A stretch of 64,000 nucleotides of DNA from an uncultured Pseudomonadales bacterium (lineage in GTDB: Bacteria > Pseudomonadota > Gammaproteobacteria > Pseudomonadales > JAUIET01), in contig CAZJDL010000001.1 of the NCBI GenBank assembly GCA_964544755.1, positions 5,512-69,511 of the forward strand, in the 5' to 3' direction. Below, in pieces: positions 31,141-42,555 of the stretch (its first letter is position 1; each line of letters opens with the position of its first letter). The position numbers and the translations under genes are program-made. The notes beneath the pieces are model-generated. The model had not been told where the DNA came from, made no database searches, and saw nothing but the letters and a program-made list of their open reading frames with translations.

Positions 31141-32222
31141 TATGCATGCAGCGCAGCAGCCAACGTTTCCTGCAGAAGTTGCGCGTCGAAGTCTTCGGTC
31201 ACGATAGCTCGGCCCAGTGCTACTGGCAATACCAGCCGCAGGCGGCCATTCAGCACCTTTTTGTCGACCTGCATGGTGTCCCGAATCTGCTCCAGATCTA
31301 ACTGTCGCGGCACCGCGACCGGTAGCTCGGCTGCCACCAGCAATGCGGTTATTCGGTGCTGGTCTACGGTGCTCAACAGCCCCATTCGATGCGCAAGGTC
31401 GGCAGCTAACACGGTACCCATCGCCACCGCTTCACCGTGCAACACGCCCTGGTACGCCATACAAGTTTCAATGGCGTGGCCAAAAGTGTGGCCCAGATTG
31501 AGCACCGCGCGGCAACCCTGCTCTCTTTCATCTTCGGCGACTATAGCGGCCTTGGTCGCGCAGGAACGATGGATAGCATGCACCAGCGCCGCCTGGTCGC
31601 GCGCGACCAGGGCTGCCATGTTCGCTTCCAGCCAGGCAAAGAATTCAAGGTCGGCGATCACACCATATTTGATCACCTCGGCCAAACCAGCAGCGAATTC
31701 GCGCGCAGGCAGCGTCGTCAGCGTTGCCGTATCGACAATGACGCAACGCGGCTGGTAGAACGCGCCCACCATATTCTTACCCAGTTTGTGATTGACCGCC
31801 GTTTTGCCACCCACCGACGAATCAACTTGCGCCAGCAAGGTGGTAGGCAGCTGAATAAAGTCCACTCCACGCTGATAACAGGCAGCGGCAAAACCGGTCA
31901 TATCGCCCACTACACCACCCCCCAAGGCTATTAATGTGGTGCTGCGGTTATGTTTATCAATCAGCAGTCGATCGAAAATAGTATTCAGATGCTCAAGGTC
32001 TTTGTATTTCTCGCCGTCAGGCAGACACACCGTAGACACAGCGCAGCCGTCGAAGTGCGCTTGCACCGTAGAGAGGTACAGCGGCGCTACCGTTTGGTTG
32101 CTGACGATCAATAGCTGTCGACCGCGAACATGGCGGCGCAACAGTTCGGCTTGCTGCAGCAGATCCGCAGCAATATAGATTGGATAACTTCGCGTTCCGA
32201 GTTCTACGCGCAATTCCCGCAT
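31140..32222 (-). CDS. aroB: 3-dehydroquinate synthase
   Basis: Full-length AroB-like sequence. Start trimmed to [17 protein letters not shown], which aligns with the E. coli AroB N-terminus. Confidence 0.9.
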   Translation of the reverse strand: MRELRVELGTRSYPIYIAADLLQQAELLRRHVRGRQLLIVSNQTVAPLYLSTVQAHFDGCAVSTVCLPDGEKYKDLEHLNTIFDRLLIDKHNRSTTLIALGGGVVGDMTGFAAACYQRGVDFIQLPTTLLAQVDSSVGGKTAVNHKLGKNMVGAFYQPRCVIVDTATLTTLPAREFAAGLAEVIKYGVIADLEFFAWLEANMAALVARDQAALVHAIHRSCATKAAIVAEDEREQGCRAVLNLGHTFGHAIETCMAYQGVLHGEAVAMGTVLAADLAHRMGLLSTVDQHRITALLVAAELPVAVPRQLDLEQIRDTMQVDKKVLNGRLRLVLPVALGRAIVTEDFDAQLLQETLAAALHA

Positions 32223-32460
32223 GAGTCCAAGGCCTGGAGATTGATAGTACAGCCATGGTACTACGCTCTGATTCGCGACTAAAGTCGCTGTTGCCCGCAA
32301 CAGAGTGCAACAACTGCAGAAACGAATTTAGTCGTGACAAACCGGCAGGATAGCCGCTTCAGAGGCTGCGTCGATGTGGCCTGTCTGTACAACCGCAGGC
32401 TACCCGACAGGGCGAGCCACAGGGATGTGACGAGTGAACAATTGCACAACACGGAACTGG

Positions 32461-32976
32461 CTAGTCGGCCAGTGCCCTGGCAATTTCGGCTGCAACCCGT
32501 TTCGGGGCACGAGTATCGGTCGCGACGACATGGTCGGCTACATCGAGATACAGCGGTTCACGCTCTTGCATGAGCCGCTCCAACACCTCGGCGCGATTTT
32601 CCACCTGTAATAGCGGGCGTTTTTTATCGCGGATTGTGCGATCGAGCTGCTGCCGAATGCTGGCCTGCAAGTACACAACGAAGCCCGCTTTCTGTAATAA
32701 CTTGCGGTTTTCATTGCTGCTGACAATGCCGCCGCCGGTGGCAATCACGCAGCGATCGTTACCGCTGACATCAGCCAACACCGTTGCTTCGCGCTTGCGA
32801 AAACCGTCTTCGCCCTCAATGTCGAAAATCCAGGGAATATCAGCGCCGCAGCGCTGCTCAATTTCGGTGTCGGTATCGATGAACTGAAAACCAAGTTCGG
32901 CCGCCAATTGGCGACCGATGGTTGATTTGCCGGCCCCCATGGGGCCGACCAGGAAAATGCGTGTGTAACCCATCAC
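32461..32976 (-). CDS. aroK: shikimate kinase
   Basis: Walker A (GPMGAGKSTIGR) and the size and sequence typical of AroK. Confidence 0.92.
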   Translation of the reverse strand: MMGYTRIFLVGPMGAGKSTIGRQLAAELGFQFIDTDTEIEQRCGADIPWIFDIEGEDGFRKREATVLADVSGNDRCVIATGGGIVSSNENRKLLQKAGFVVYLQASIRQQLDRTIRDKKRPLLQVENRAEVLERLMQEREPLYLDVADHVVATDTRAPKRVAAEIARALAD

Positions 32977-33012
32977 TTCAGTGTTTCACACAAATGCGGG
33001 TACACACAAGCA

Positions 33013-35229
33013 TTAGTCGACCAGAGCATCAGCCAGGATACGGGGCGTGATAAAGATCAGCGTTTCCGTTTTCACCTGGCGGTCGTTGGTGCGTTTGAAC
33101 AAGCGGCCAATGTACGGGATGTCACCGAGGAATGGCGTCTTGACAGTCGACTGCACGTCTTCGGTGCGGAACACGCCACCCAGCACCACAGTCTCGCCAT
33201 TGCCAACCAGTACCTCGGTGATCAACTCGGTCACGTCAATCAGCGGTACCTGCGAGTTGTTTTCGCCGGCGATAAAGCCACCTACCGAATCCTGGTTGAT
33301 GACCAGACGCATCATGATGCGGTCATCCGGCGTGATGTGCGGAGTAACGTCCAGCTTCAGCACGGCATCTTTAAACTTAACCGTGGTGCGGCCACTCGAC
33401 GACGATTCGAGGTACGGTACTTCGGTACCCGACTTGATCGTTGCCTGTTGTTTGTCACCGGTAATAACCTTCGGCTGCGATACAACTTCACCGTGACCGG
33501 CCGATTCAAAGGCCGACAGTTCCAGATCCAGCAGATAACCGTCGCCGTTAAAACCGATGGCGAAGGAGCTGGCACCCTGCTCGCTCACACCGAGGTCGAC
33601 CGACAGCGCGTCCGGAAAGCCGATGGTCAGTGGATCACCATTCACCGCCGCGTTGTTAGCGCCCAATGTGGTCGCCGAACTACCGCCAAAGGTGAAGAAG
33701 TCGTCGCTAGTATCGGTGGGGACGCCTTTGGCGAAACCGCCGCCGCCCCATTGGATGCCCAGTTGCTCAGAGTAGTCCGAGTCGGCTACCACGATCCGCG
33801 CTTCGATCAGCACCTGCCGTACCGGTACGTCGATAAGCTTGACCAGGCGGCGAAACTCCTGCAGCTTGGCCGCCGTCTCGGTGATCAGCAACGAGTTGGT
33901 GCGTTCGTCGACAATCACGCGTCCACGCGGCGACAGCAGCCCACCGGTAGAGGCTGAATCTCCGCCTTCGCCAGTTTCCGAGCCGTTGTCATCAAACAGT
34001 TTGAACAGTTCTTCTGCGTCGGCGTAGCGGATGCGCATAAACTCGGTTTGCAACGGCGCGAGCTCTTGCAACTGCTTTGTGGTTTCGATTTCCTGACGCT
34101 CGCGCTCGGCAATCTCGGCCGCCGGTGCGACCATCAACACGTTGCCCGCCTGGCGCTTGTCCAGACCCTTGGTCTTCAACACCAGATCCAGCGCCTGGTC
34201 CCAGGGAACGTTCTGCAAGCGCAGCGTGATTTTGCCTGCTACGGTATCGCTGGCCACCAGGTTAAGGTCGGTAAAGTCGGCGATCAACTGCAATACCGCA
34301 CGCACGTCGATGTCCTGGAAGTTAAGGGATAATTTATCGCCTACATACTGGAATTCTCTGGCTTTGGCTTCCAGCTCTTCTTCCGTCACGGGTTTAACAC
34401 TTAACACGTATTCGTTGTCGACCTGATAAGCCAGAAACTCATACTGGCCTTGCGGGCGCACGTTGATCTGCGTGTTACCGCCGGCATAGGTCGCTTCCAT
34501 ACTTTTTACCGGTGTAGCGAAATCGCTTACGTCGTAGCGATGACGTAAATCTGTCGGCAAATCAGCGCCTTTGAATACTACACGGATACGATTGCCTTCC
34601 TGACGCACGTCGACTTCAGTCTTCGGGTCGCTCAGCTGAACAATCACTTTACCCTCACCATCGTCGCCGCGCTGGAAATCAATATTCCTGATACCGCGCG
34701 TACCGCCACTTTCTTCGGCCGCAAACTCCAGCACTGATTTCGTGCTTTTCAAATAGTCTTTAGCGCCGCTATCACCGACTTCGACCAACAGGCTGTTGCC
34801 GTCGACGCGGGTGGTATAACCGCTAAGCTCCGCCAGGTTCAAAATAAAGCGCGTACGGCCATTGGCTTCAAGCACCAGCGCACTTTTGGCATTACCAATG
34901 TCCAATATGTGCCTCTTCTTTTTCAGCTTGCTGCCCACACCGTCAAGGTCAAGCGCGATACGCGCAGGCTGCTCAATAGTGTAGCCTTTTGGCTGCGGCG
35001 GCTGGCCATCGAAATCCATTCGCACTTCAAGCTTGCCGCCCGGCAATGAGCTGAAGTTGATGTCGGTAATATTGACGGCGTTGGCGGTGGTGCTTGCACT
35101 GGCGGCAAAGAAAACTACCAGCGGCAGCAACACCCGCGATTGCAACCATCCGCGACAACAATCCCTGCCTCCAGGTAGCCGACGAGAAATTTTGAATTTT
35201 TGCAAAGTAACCATTGAATTCTCCACCAA
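33013..35229 (-). CDS. pilQ: type IV pilus secretin PilQ (start may be the GTG/ATG 1-5 codons downstream)
   Basis: AMIN-like N-terminal region plus a secretin C-terminal domain (VPFLGDIPYIGRLF). It is the last gene of pilMNOPQ. Confidence 0.9.
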   Translation of the reverse strand: MVENSMVTLQKFKISRRLPGGRDCCRGWLQSRVLLPLVVFFAASASTTANAVNITDINFSSLPGGKLEVRMDFDGQPPQPKGYTIEQPARIALDLDGVGSKLKKKRHILDIGNAKSALVLEANGRTRFILNLAELSGYTTRVDGNSLLVEVGDSGAKDYLKSTKSVLEFAAEESGGTRGIRNIDFQRGDDGEGKVIVQLSDPKTEVDVRQEGNRIRVVFKGADLPTDLRHRYDVSDFATPVKSMEATYAGGNTQINVRPQGQYEFLAYQVDNEYVLSVKPVTEEELEAKAREFQYVGDKLSLNFQDIDVRAVLQLIADFTDLNLVASDTVAGKITLRLQNVPWDQALDLVLKTKGLDKRQAGNVLMVAPAAEIAERERQEIETTKQLQELAPLQTEFMRIRYADAEELFKLFDDNGSETGEGGDSASTGGLLSPRGRVIVDERTNSLLITETAAKLQEFRRLVKLIDVPVRQVLIEARIVVADSDYSEQLGIQWGGGGFAKGVPTDTSDDFFTFGGSSATTLGANNAAVNGDPLTIGFPDALSVDLGVSEQGASSFAIGFNGDGYLLDLELSAFESAGHGEVVSQPKVITGDKQQATIKSGTEVPYLESSSSGRTTVKFKDAVLKLDVTPHITPDDRIMMRLVINQDSVGGFIAGENNSQVPLIDVTELITEVLVGNGETVVLGGVFRTEDVQSTVKTPFLGDIPYIGRLFKRTNDRQVKTETLIFITPRILADALVD

Positions 35230-35230
35230 C

Positions 35231-35782
35231 TTAACCTTCTTTTTCCTGTAATTTGAGTGTACGCGGACGTTCTATCCAGCTATCTGAACCACTCGAAACG
35301 ATTTCAATAACTGAGAGCTGTGATTCTGAAACTTCAATAATGCGCCCATGGTTACGGCCGAGGTAATTGCCCAGCGTTACGCGGTGCACGCCACCGTTAC
35401 CATCGTCTATCAGCACCCACAGCTGGCCTTTTTGTCGCAGGCTACCCACCATGTCCAATGCTTCAAAGTTATACTGTTCGAGGTATTCCTTGGTACGAAT
35501 CGGATCGGGCTTCACGTCACTGCGTGGCCCACCAATACGTACCAACTCCTTGACATCCAGCGGCACATCAAACGGCGCGCGAAACGCCGTTGCCGCGTAA
35601 TTGAATGCTGTGTACGGTCGAAACGCCGGAATAGGATCTATGGCGCTGCGCGATGCCGCGTCAGTTTTCGTTTGCGCCATGAAGTCATCCAAATCGGTGT
35701 GACTCGAGTCGCTGACACACGCTGTCATTGACAGCACTGTGCCGACAACGACCACACGTTTTATTTGCTTGAGCAGGTTCAT
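35231..35782 (-). CDS. pilP: type IV pilus assembly lipoprotein PilP
   Basis: Lipobox (LSMTAC). Start set at MNLLKQ, with GAGGAGGG 8 nt upstream and 1 nt after the pilO stop. Confidence 0.85.
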   Translation of the reverse strand: MNLLKQIKRVVVVGTVLSMTACVSDSSHTDLDDFMAQTKTDAASRSAIDPIPAFRPYTAFNYAATAFRAPFDVPLDVKELVRIGGPRSDVKPDPIRTKEYLEQYNFEALDMVGSLRQKGQLWVLIDDGNGGVHRVTLGNYLGRNHGRIIEVSESQLSVIEIVSSGSDSWIERPRTLKLQEKEG

Positions 35783-35783
35783 G

Positions 35784-36407
35784 TTACGCGCCCTCCTCAT
35801 TCTCTTCGTTATAACGATATGTCTTAGCCGTGATGCTAAGCGTCAGCGAGCCATCGCTTTCTTTACCCGGCTCGATTCCAAAGTCGTGTAAGGTGACGAT
35901 ACGCGGCAAACCCGCTATACCGCTGACGAATGCGCCCAAATCATGATAGGTGCCTTTAACAACCATTTTGATCGGCAATTCAACGTAGAACTCCGCGGCG
36001 CGTTCCGGCTGCAGGTCGATACTCTTAAACTCCAGTCCAGACGCCACCCCTCTGTTGGTAATGTCTTCCAACAGACCTGGCACCTCGGTATCGCTCGGCA
36101 GCTGCCGTACGAGCGCACCGAAGGTTTCTTCCATTTCTTCCATCTGTTTGCGATACGCATCCAGGTTGGCAGCTTTGCCTGCCTTGTCCTTAAATTCGCT
36201 TTTGAGCTTGGTTTCCTGCTGTTCGACTTGCGCTAAATTTTGCTGTAAGCCGCTCAGGTGCAGACGATAGCCAAGGCCCATGCAGATGAGGAAAACCAGC
36301 ACCCAAATGACCACCTTGACCGCCATTGGCCAACTGCCGACATTGTCGAAATCCAGATCGCCGAGATCGAACTCCTGCAATGACTTTATTGCATCACTGA
36401 GGGCCAT
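35784..36407 (-). CDS. pilO: type IV pilus assembly protein PilO
   Basis: Single TM segment plus coiled coil, PilO-like, in operon position. Its ATG overlaps the pilN stop (TGATG). Confidence 0.85.
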   Translation of the reverse strand: MALSDAIKSLQEFDLGDLDFDNVGSWPMAVKVVIWVLVFLICMGLGYRLHLSGLQQNLAQVEQQETKLKSEFKDKAGKAANLDAYRKQMEEMEETFGALVRQLPSDTEVPGLLEDITNRGVASGLEFKSIDLQPERAAEFYVELPIKMVVKGTYHDLGAFVSGIAGLPRIVTLHDFGIEPGKESDGSLTLSITAKTYRYNEENEEGA

Positions 36408-36975
36408 CACTTGTTCTCCTTTTCTAGCGCATCGGCCGGCAGCGTAATTTGCACCGACAGATTGAAATCATTGCCCTGGTCTCCGAAAGCTTCATTTGCT
36501 TTAACCCCGATCAAGTTCGGATTGGAAAACCAGTCGGAGGCATCGAGTTTGCGCATCAAACTCGATACGCGGTTATTCGATTCCGCAGTACCTTCAATTT
36601 TTACCATGTTTTTTTCACGGGTCAGGTTGCGGTAGTACACGCCATCGGGCACGGTGCGAACTAGCTCGTCGAAAACCCGTACGATAATCGGCCGGTTGCC
36701 CTGCAGCGCCTGAATAATCTTCATGCGATCGAGTAGCTGTTCCTTCTTGCTTTCCAGCTCACTGATTTCGGCAACCTCTTTGTTGAGGCTATCAATATTC
36801 CTTTGCAAATACTGATTACGCGACGTTTGGCTGTCGACCCAGTAGTTGTAGGTGCGATCAGCCAGGAATAACAAAGCCACCGCACCAATAACGACCGCCG
36901 CAAGCAGCGTCAGGAATTCTTTCTTAAGTTCTTCGCGACGCTCTTCACGCCACGGCAGTAAGTTAATATTTGCCA

Positions 36976-36976
<1 letters not shown>
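36407..36976 (-). CDS. pilN: type IV pilus assembly protein PilN
   Basis: Conserved N-terminal INLLPWRE motif. Its ATG overlaps the pilM stop (TAATG). Confidence 0.87.
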
Positions 36977-38040
<1,064 letters not shown>

Positions 38041-38215
38041 TTATTCCTGCTTTACGCCTGCGAGGTGCAGACTGTAGTTTGATGAAAACGTGAAATGTTA
38101 TTTATAACCATAGTGGATTTATATCAAAAGTAAAAAAAATAATTATAATGGCCCGTTATTTCAACCACTTATTACATCGGTTAGCTCTCCGACCGAATCG
38201 GCAGTCACTTCCCGT

Positions 38216-40717
38216 ATGAATCGATATCTCTATCTCGCCTTCTGGTTGTTTTTCACGCTTGTCACAGGCGCCGCTCTCATTTCTGCCGGCACCTATTTAT
38301 ACCTTAGTCCGAAATTGCCGAATGTCGACGCGCTGGATGAAATAAAGCTGCAAGTTCCGTTGCGCATTTACACGAACGACGGCGAGCTGATTGGCGAATT
38401 TGGCGAGAAGCGGCGCACACCCGTGAGCTACGTCGATGTGCCGCCAAAATTTATCGCGGCACTACTCGCCGCGGAGGACGATAATTTTGAAAATCATCGC
38501 GGCGTTGATATCAATGGCTTGATTCGAGCGGCAAGTCAGCTGTTGACCAGCGGCCACATTCAAACGGGTGGCAGTACCATCACCATGCAGGTCGCAAAAA
38601 ACTTTTTCCTGAGCAGCGAGAAAACCTTTACCCGCAAGTTCAACGAGATATTGCTGGCGCTGCAAATCGAGGCCAAGCTAAGCAAGCCACAAATACTTGA
38701 GTTGTATATGAATAAGATTTACCTCGGCAACCGCGCCTACGGCGTTAACGCGGCGGCCCAGGTGTATTACGGCAAACGGTTGCACGAACTTGATCTGGCG
38801 CAGCTGGCCATGATCGCCGGCCTGCCTAAGGCGCCTTCACGGTTCAACCCGATTATCAACCCCGATCGCGCGCTGCTACGCCGTAACTGGATTCTGCGCC
38901 GTATGCAGTCACTCGGCACTCTCAGCAGCGAGGAGTACGAAACAGCCAAACAACAGCCTGGCAGTGCCAGCCTGCACGGCCAACGTCTCGCCATGCGGGC
39001 GCCCTATGTCGCTGAAATGGCGCGCGCTGAAATGATCGAGCGGTATGGCGGCGCCGCTTATGTAGATGGTTATAAGGTATACACCACAATCCCTATTGCC
39101 CAACAACAGGCAGCACACGTTGCCGTTATAAAAGGCCTTGAAACCTATGGGCAACGGCACGGCTATCACGGCCCGGAAAAGAATGTTTTCTATCCTGAGG
39201 ACCCACAAGCCACCTTCGAAGAATGGAAGAAGTTATTACGCACTACGAAGGTGTTGGGTGGCATGTCCCCCGCGTTCGTAACCACGGTCAACGAGAAAAG
39301 TATAGACATACTGTTAGCCGATGAGAGCAAAGCGGTTGTCGAATGGGACAACGGGCTACGGCAGGCACGTAAGTTCATCACCACCAACAACCGCGGCCCG
39401 AAACCGGAAACAGCCGCTGCGGTAGTTGAGGTAGGCGACCTCATTCGAGTTTCCCAGGGCGAGCAGCAACAATGGCATCTTACCCAGCTGCCGCGGGCAC
39501 AGGCGGCGCTGGTCGCGCTCGACCCAAACAACGGCGCCATTCGTGCGCTGGTCGGCGGCTTCGATTATCGCCAGAGCAAGTTTAATCGCGTGACACAGGC
39601 GGCACGCCAACCCGGATCAAGCTTCAAACCTTTCGTTTACAGCGCGGCGTTAGAGAATGGCTTCACGGCCGCCAGCCTTATCAACGACGCCCCGGTGGTA
39701 TTTGCCGACGATGACCTGGAGAATATCTGGCGACCGGAAAATTCCAGTGGCAAGTTTTACGGGCCGACGCGTTTACGCAAGGCCTTGTACCTTTCCCGCA
39801 ATCTGGTATCGATTCGAATACTGCGATCCATTTCACCGGCAACTGCGGTCAAGTACATGCAGCGTTTCGGGTTCGACGCGAGCACGATGCATAAAGACTT
39901 GTCGCTGGCGCTGGGCAGCCAAGCGTTAACACCGCTGCAAATTGCCACCGGCTATGCGGTATTTGCTAACGGTGGCTATAAAGTAAAACCTTATTTGATT
40001 GAACGGATCGATGACGCGGCAGGCAACACGGTATATGAGGCCAACCCGGCAGTGGTTTGCAATGACTGTGAAGAGGATGAGGATAAACGCCACGCAGAGA
40101 CAATCCCACTTGCCGATTTTGGCGGGCGAGACCAACAGGCTTCGGTGGCAGCTGACGACGCCAGAAGCAAGGCGCTCAATGATCGACAAAAGAATGCCGA
40201 TCAACAAGAAGCGCATATCGCGCCGCGCGTGCTTGACGAGCGCGTGACCTACATTATGGACAATATGCTACAAGACGTTATTCGCCGTGGCACCGGTGTC
40301 AAAGCGCGCGTGCTGAAGCGTAACGATATTGTCGGCAAGACCGGCACCACCAACGGGCCAACCGACGCCTGGTTTTCAGGTTACAGTCCGGCGTTGGTGA
40401 CAACGGTATGGCTTGGTTTCGATCAAAACCAGCTACTGGGCCGGCGTGAATATGGCGGCTCAGCGGCGCTACCCATATGGATTAAGTTCATGTCCGCCGC
40501 CCTGGACGGCGTGCCCGAGCAACCGCGAACAACCCCCGAGGGCATCGTGACAATTCGGATTGACCCGCAAACCGGCAAGCGCGCATCGCCGGATCAAAGC
40601 GACGCGATATTCGAAGTCTTCAGGGAAGAAAACGTACCACAGGAAGAGGCTAAACCGAGCAATCTCGACCCGTTTTCGATTGAACTCGAAGATGATCTTC
40701 TGGAAGACGTGTTTTAG
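38216..40717 (+). CDS. mrcA: penicillin-binding protein 1A (bifunctional glycosyltransferase/transpeptidase)
   Basis: GT51 motif (AEDDNFENHRGVD) and transpeptidase motifs (SSFKP, KTGTT). Confidence 0.92.
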   Translation: MNRYLYLAFWLFFTLVTGAALISAGTYLYLSPKLPNVDALDEIKLQVPLRIYTNDGELIGEFGEKRRTPVSYVDVPPKFIAALLAAEDDNFENHRGVDINGLIRAASQLLTSGHIQTGGSTITMQVAKNFFLSSEKTFTRKFNEILLALQIEAKLSKPQILELYMNKIYLGNRAYGVNAAAQVYYGKRLHELDLAQLAMIAGLPKAPSRFNPIINPDRALLRRNWILRRMQSLGTLSSEEYETAKQQPGSASLHGQRLAMRAPYVAEMARAEMIERYGGAAYVDGYKVYTTIPIAQQQAAHVAVIKGLETYGQRHGYHGPEKNVFYPEDPQATFEEWKKLLRTTKVLGGMSPAFVTTVNEKSIDILLADESKAVVEWDNGLRQARKFITTNNRGPKPETAAAVVEVGDLIRVSQGEQQQWHLTQLPRAQAALVALDPNNGAIRALVGGFDYRQSKFNRVTQAARQPGSSFKPFVYSAALENGFTAASLINDAPVVFADDDLENIWRPENSSGKFYGPTRLRKALYLSRNLVSIRILRSISPATAVKYMQRFGFDASTMHKDLSLALGSQALTPLQIATGYAVFANGGYKVKPYLIERIDDAAGNTVYEANPAVVCNDCEEDEDKRHAETIPLADFGGRDQQASVAADDARSKALNDRQKNADQQEAHIAPRVLDERVTYIMDNMLQDVIRRGTGVKARVLKRNDIVGKTGTTNGPTDAWFSGYSPALVTTVWLGFDQNQLLGRREYGGSAALPIWIKFMSAALDGVPEQPRTTPEGIVTIRIDPQTGKRASPDQSDAIFEVFREENVPQEEAKPSNLDPFSIELEDDLLEDVF

Positions 40718-40743
40718 AGATGGTGTTAGCAGACCCTAACCGC

Positions 40744-42000
40744 TCAGTAAGGAATCGCCAGCGGATAATGCTCAGGGTAACCCAGCCGAGCAACGCCCGT
40801 TTCAATTGCGGCACGCGCGACGGCGTCGGCCACGCCGCGCAGCAGCCGCGCATCCATGGGTTTTGGAATAATGTAGTCGCGGCCAAATTCCAGGTGATCG
40901 CAACCGCAAGCGTCAAGCACGGCCTGCGGCACCGGTAGCCGGGCAATTTTTCTAATCGCCTCAACGGCAGCGACTTTCATCTCCTCGTTGATACGACTGG
41001 CGCGCACATCGAGCGCACCACGGAAAATAAATGGGAAGCCGAGCACATTATTCACCTGGTTCGGGTAGTCGGAGCGTCCGGTCGCGACGATCACATCGCC
41101 GCGCGTTTGCCGCGCTAGCTCAGGTTTAATCTCCGGGTCAGGGTTAGAACAGGCAAACACGATTGGACGCGGCGCCATGCGTTGCAACAACTCCGCCGGC
41201 AGTAAGTTCGCCCCGGACAAGCCAACGAAAATATCCGCACCCTCGCAGGCGTCGGCCAGCGTGCGTTTGTCACTGGGGTGAGCGAACTCTTCTTTGAATT
41301 CATTCAAACCATCACGACCGCTGTAAATAACGCCGCGCCGGTCCAACATGTATACGTTCTCGGCGCTAGCGCCAAGCCTGATCAACAAACGCATGCAAGC
41401 GATCGCAGCGGCGCCCGCACCCAGGCAAACGATGGTGGCGCTGCCAAGCTCCTTGTGTTGTATTTCTAACGCATTGAGTATGCCGGCCGCGGTGACTATC
41501 GCGGTGCCGTGCTGATCATCGTGAAAAACCGGCACGTCGCATTGCTCGATCAGGGCCTTTTCTATCGCGAAACAAGCGGGGGCTTTAATGTCTTCCAGGT
41601 TGATGCCGCCAAATGACAAGGAAATATTTCTGACGGTATCGATAAATGCCTGCGGGCTCCGTGCGTCGACTTCTATGTCGATGGAGTTGATGTCGGCGAA
41701 GCGCTTGAACAGCAGGCTTTTACCTTCCATAACCGGTTTGCTGGCAAGCGGGCCGAGATCGCCCAGCCCCAAAATTGCACTGCCGTCGCTGATGACGGCT
41801 ACCAGATTGCCCTTACCGGTATATTTATAGGCGTTCAGCGCGTCTCTGGCAATTTCCTTTACCGGTTCAGCAACGCCGGGGCTGTACGCCAACGCGAGAT
41901 CAACCTGCGTTTCTGCCGCCGTCGTCAGTTCAACGCTAATTTTGCCCGGCGTGGGGTATTGATGGTAATCCAGCGCGGCGCGCTCGCTTTGTTCCGGCAT
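40744..42000 (-). CDS. maeB: NAD(P)-dependent malic enzyme, short form without a PTA-like domain
   Basis: Malic enzyme N-terminal and NAD-binding domains (VFHDDQHGTAIV, GAGAAAIA), 418 aa. Confidence 0.85.
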   Translation of the reverse strand: MPEQSERAALDYHQYPTPGKISVELTTAAETQVDLALAYSPGVAEPVKEIARDALNAYKYTGKGNLVAVISDGSAILGLGDLGPLASKPVMEGKSLLFKRFADINSIDIEVDARSPQAFIDTVRNISLSFGGINLEDIKAPACFAIEKALIEQCDVPVFHDDQHGTAIVTAAGILNALEIQHKELGSATIVCLGAGAAAIACMRLLIRLGASAENVYMLDRRGVIYSGRDGLNEFKEEFAHPSDKRTLADACEGADIFVGLSGANLLPAELLQRMAPRPIVFACSNPDPEIKPELARQTRGDVIVATGRSDYPNQVNNVLGFPFIFRGALDVRASRINEEMKVAAVEAIRKIARLPVPQAVLDACGCDHLEFGRDYIIPKPMDARLLRGVADAVARAAIETGVARLGYPEHYPLAIPY

Positions 42001-42155
42001 TACTCGTACTCAAAATTATTGTTGCCGCAGCATAGCGCTTTACTGTTAGCGTCACAACAAATGCCGCCGCCGGCAAATCAGACAGCCGCGAAGAGCACCG
42101 CCGTGTGTACTCTGGCATTGGAGTCGATAGAGATTGAACTGGCGCTGCGGAAGGC

Positions 42156-42368
42156 TTACTTTGCCGTGCGTTTACCGAAACGTTTGTTGAAACGGTCGAT
42201 GCGGCCGCCGGTGTCCAGCACTTTTTGCTTACCGGTGTAGAACGGATGGCAATTGGAACACACGTCGATGTGAATATCCTTGTGCAGCGTAGAGCGCGTC
42301 TTAATGACATTGCCACAACTGCAAGTGGCCGTTAAATCGCCGTATTGTGGATGAATATCTGTTTTCAT
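42156..42368 (-). CDS. rpmE: 50S ribosomal protein L31 (zinc-ribbon type)
   Basis: MKTDIHPQY start with cysteine pairs CSC and CSNC. The ORF is trimmed to 70 aa. Confidence 0.93.
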   Translation of the reverse strand: MKTDIHPQYGDLTATCSCGNVIKTRSTLHKDIHIDVCSNCHPFYTGKQKVLDTGGRIDRFNKRFGKRTAK

Positions 42369-42555
42369 ATTGAACTTACCCTGGTTTTTGGGTACCGCCG
42401 CCCAGCACTGATGCTGGCACCGTACCGCATGGTATTCCCGACAGAGCGGGGCGCGCATCATAGCAAACAACAATTTTTTAGCAAGCAGTGGCCCGTTTCG
42501 CTGAACCCGAGTTGAATTTTATACCCGACACGGAGATTTACGGTAATCTGTTTCT

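Noticed and set aside
30914-31147. Minus-strand ORFs 30914-31147 and 47292-47522 share a peptide segment (RKRCA..RA.AYF.DPTAV) and could be read as a small protein family.
   Set aside because: The shared segment is simply the translation of the repeated module-2 DNA. The ORFs differ outside it, have no ribosome-binding site, and one overlaps the aroB stop and the other the SPOR-gene stop.
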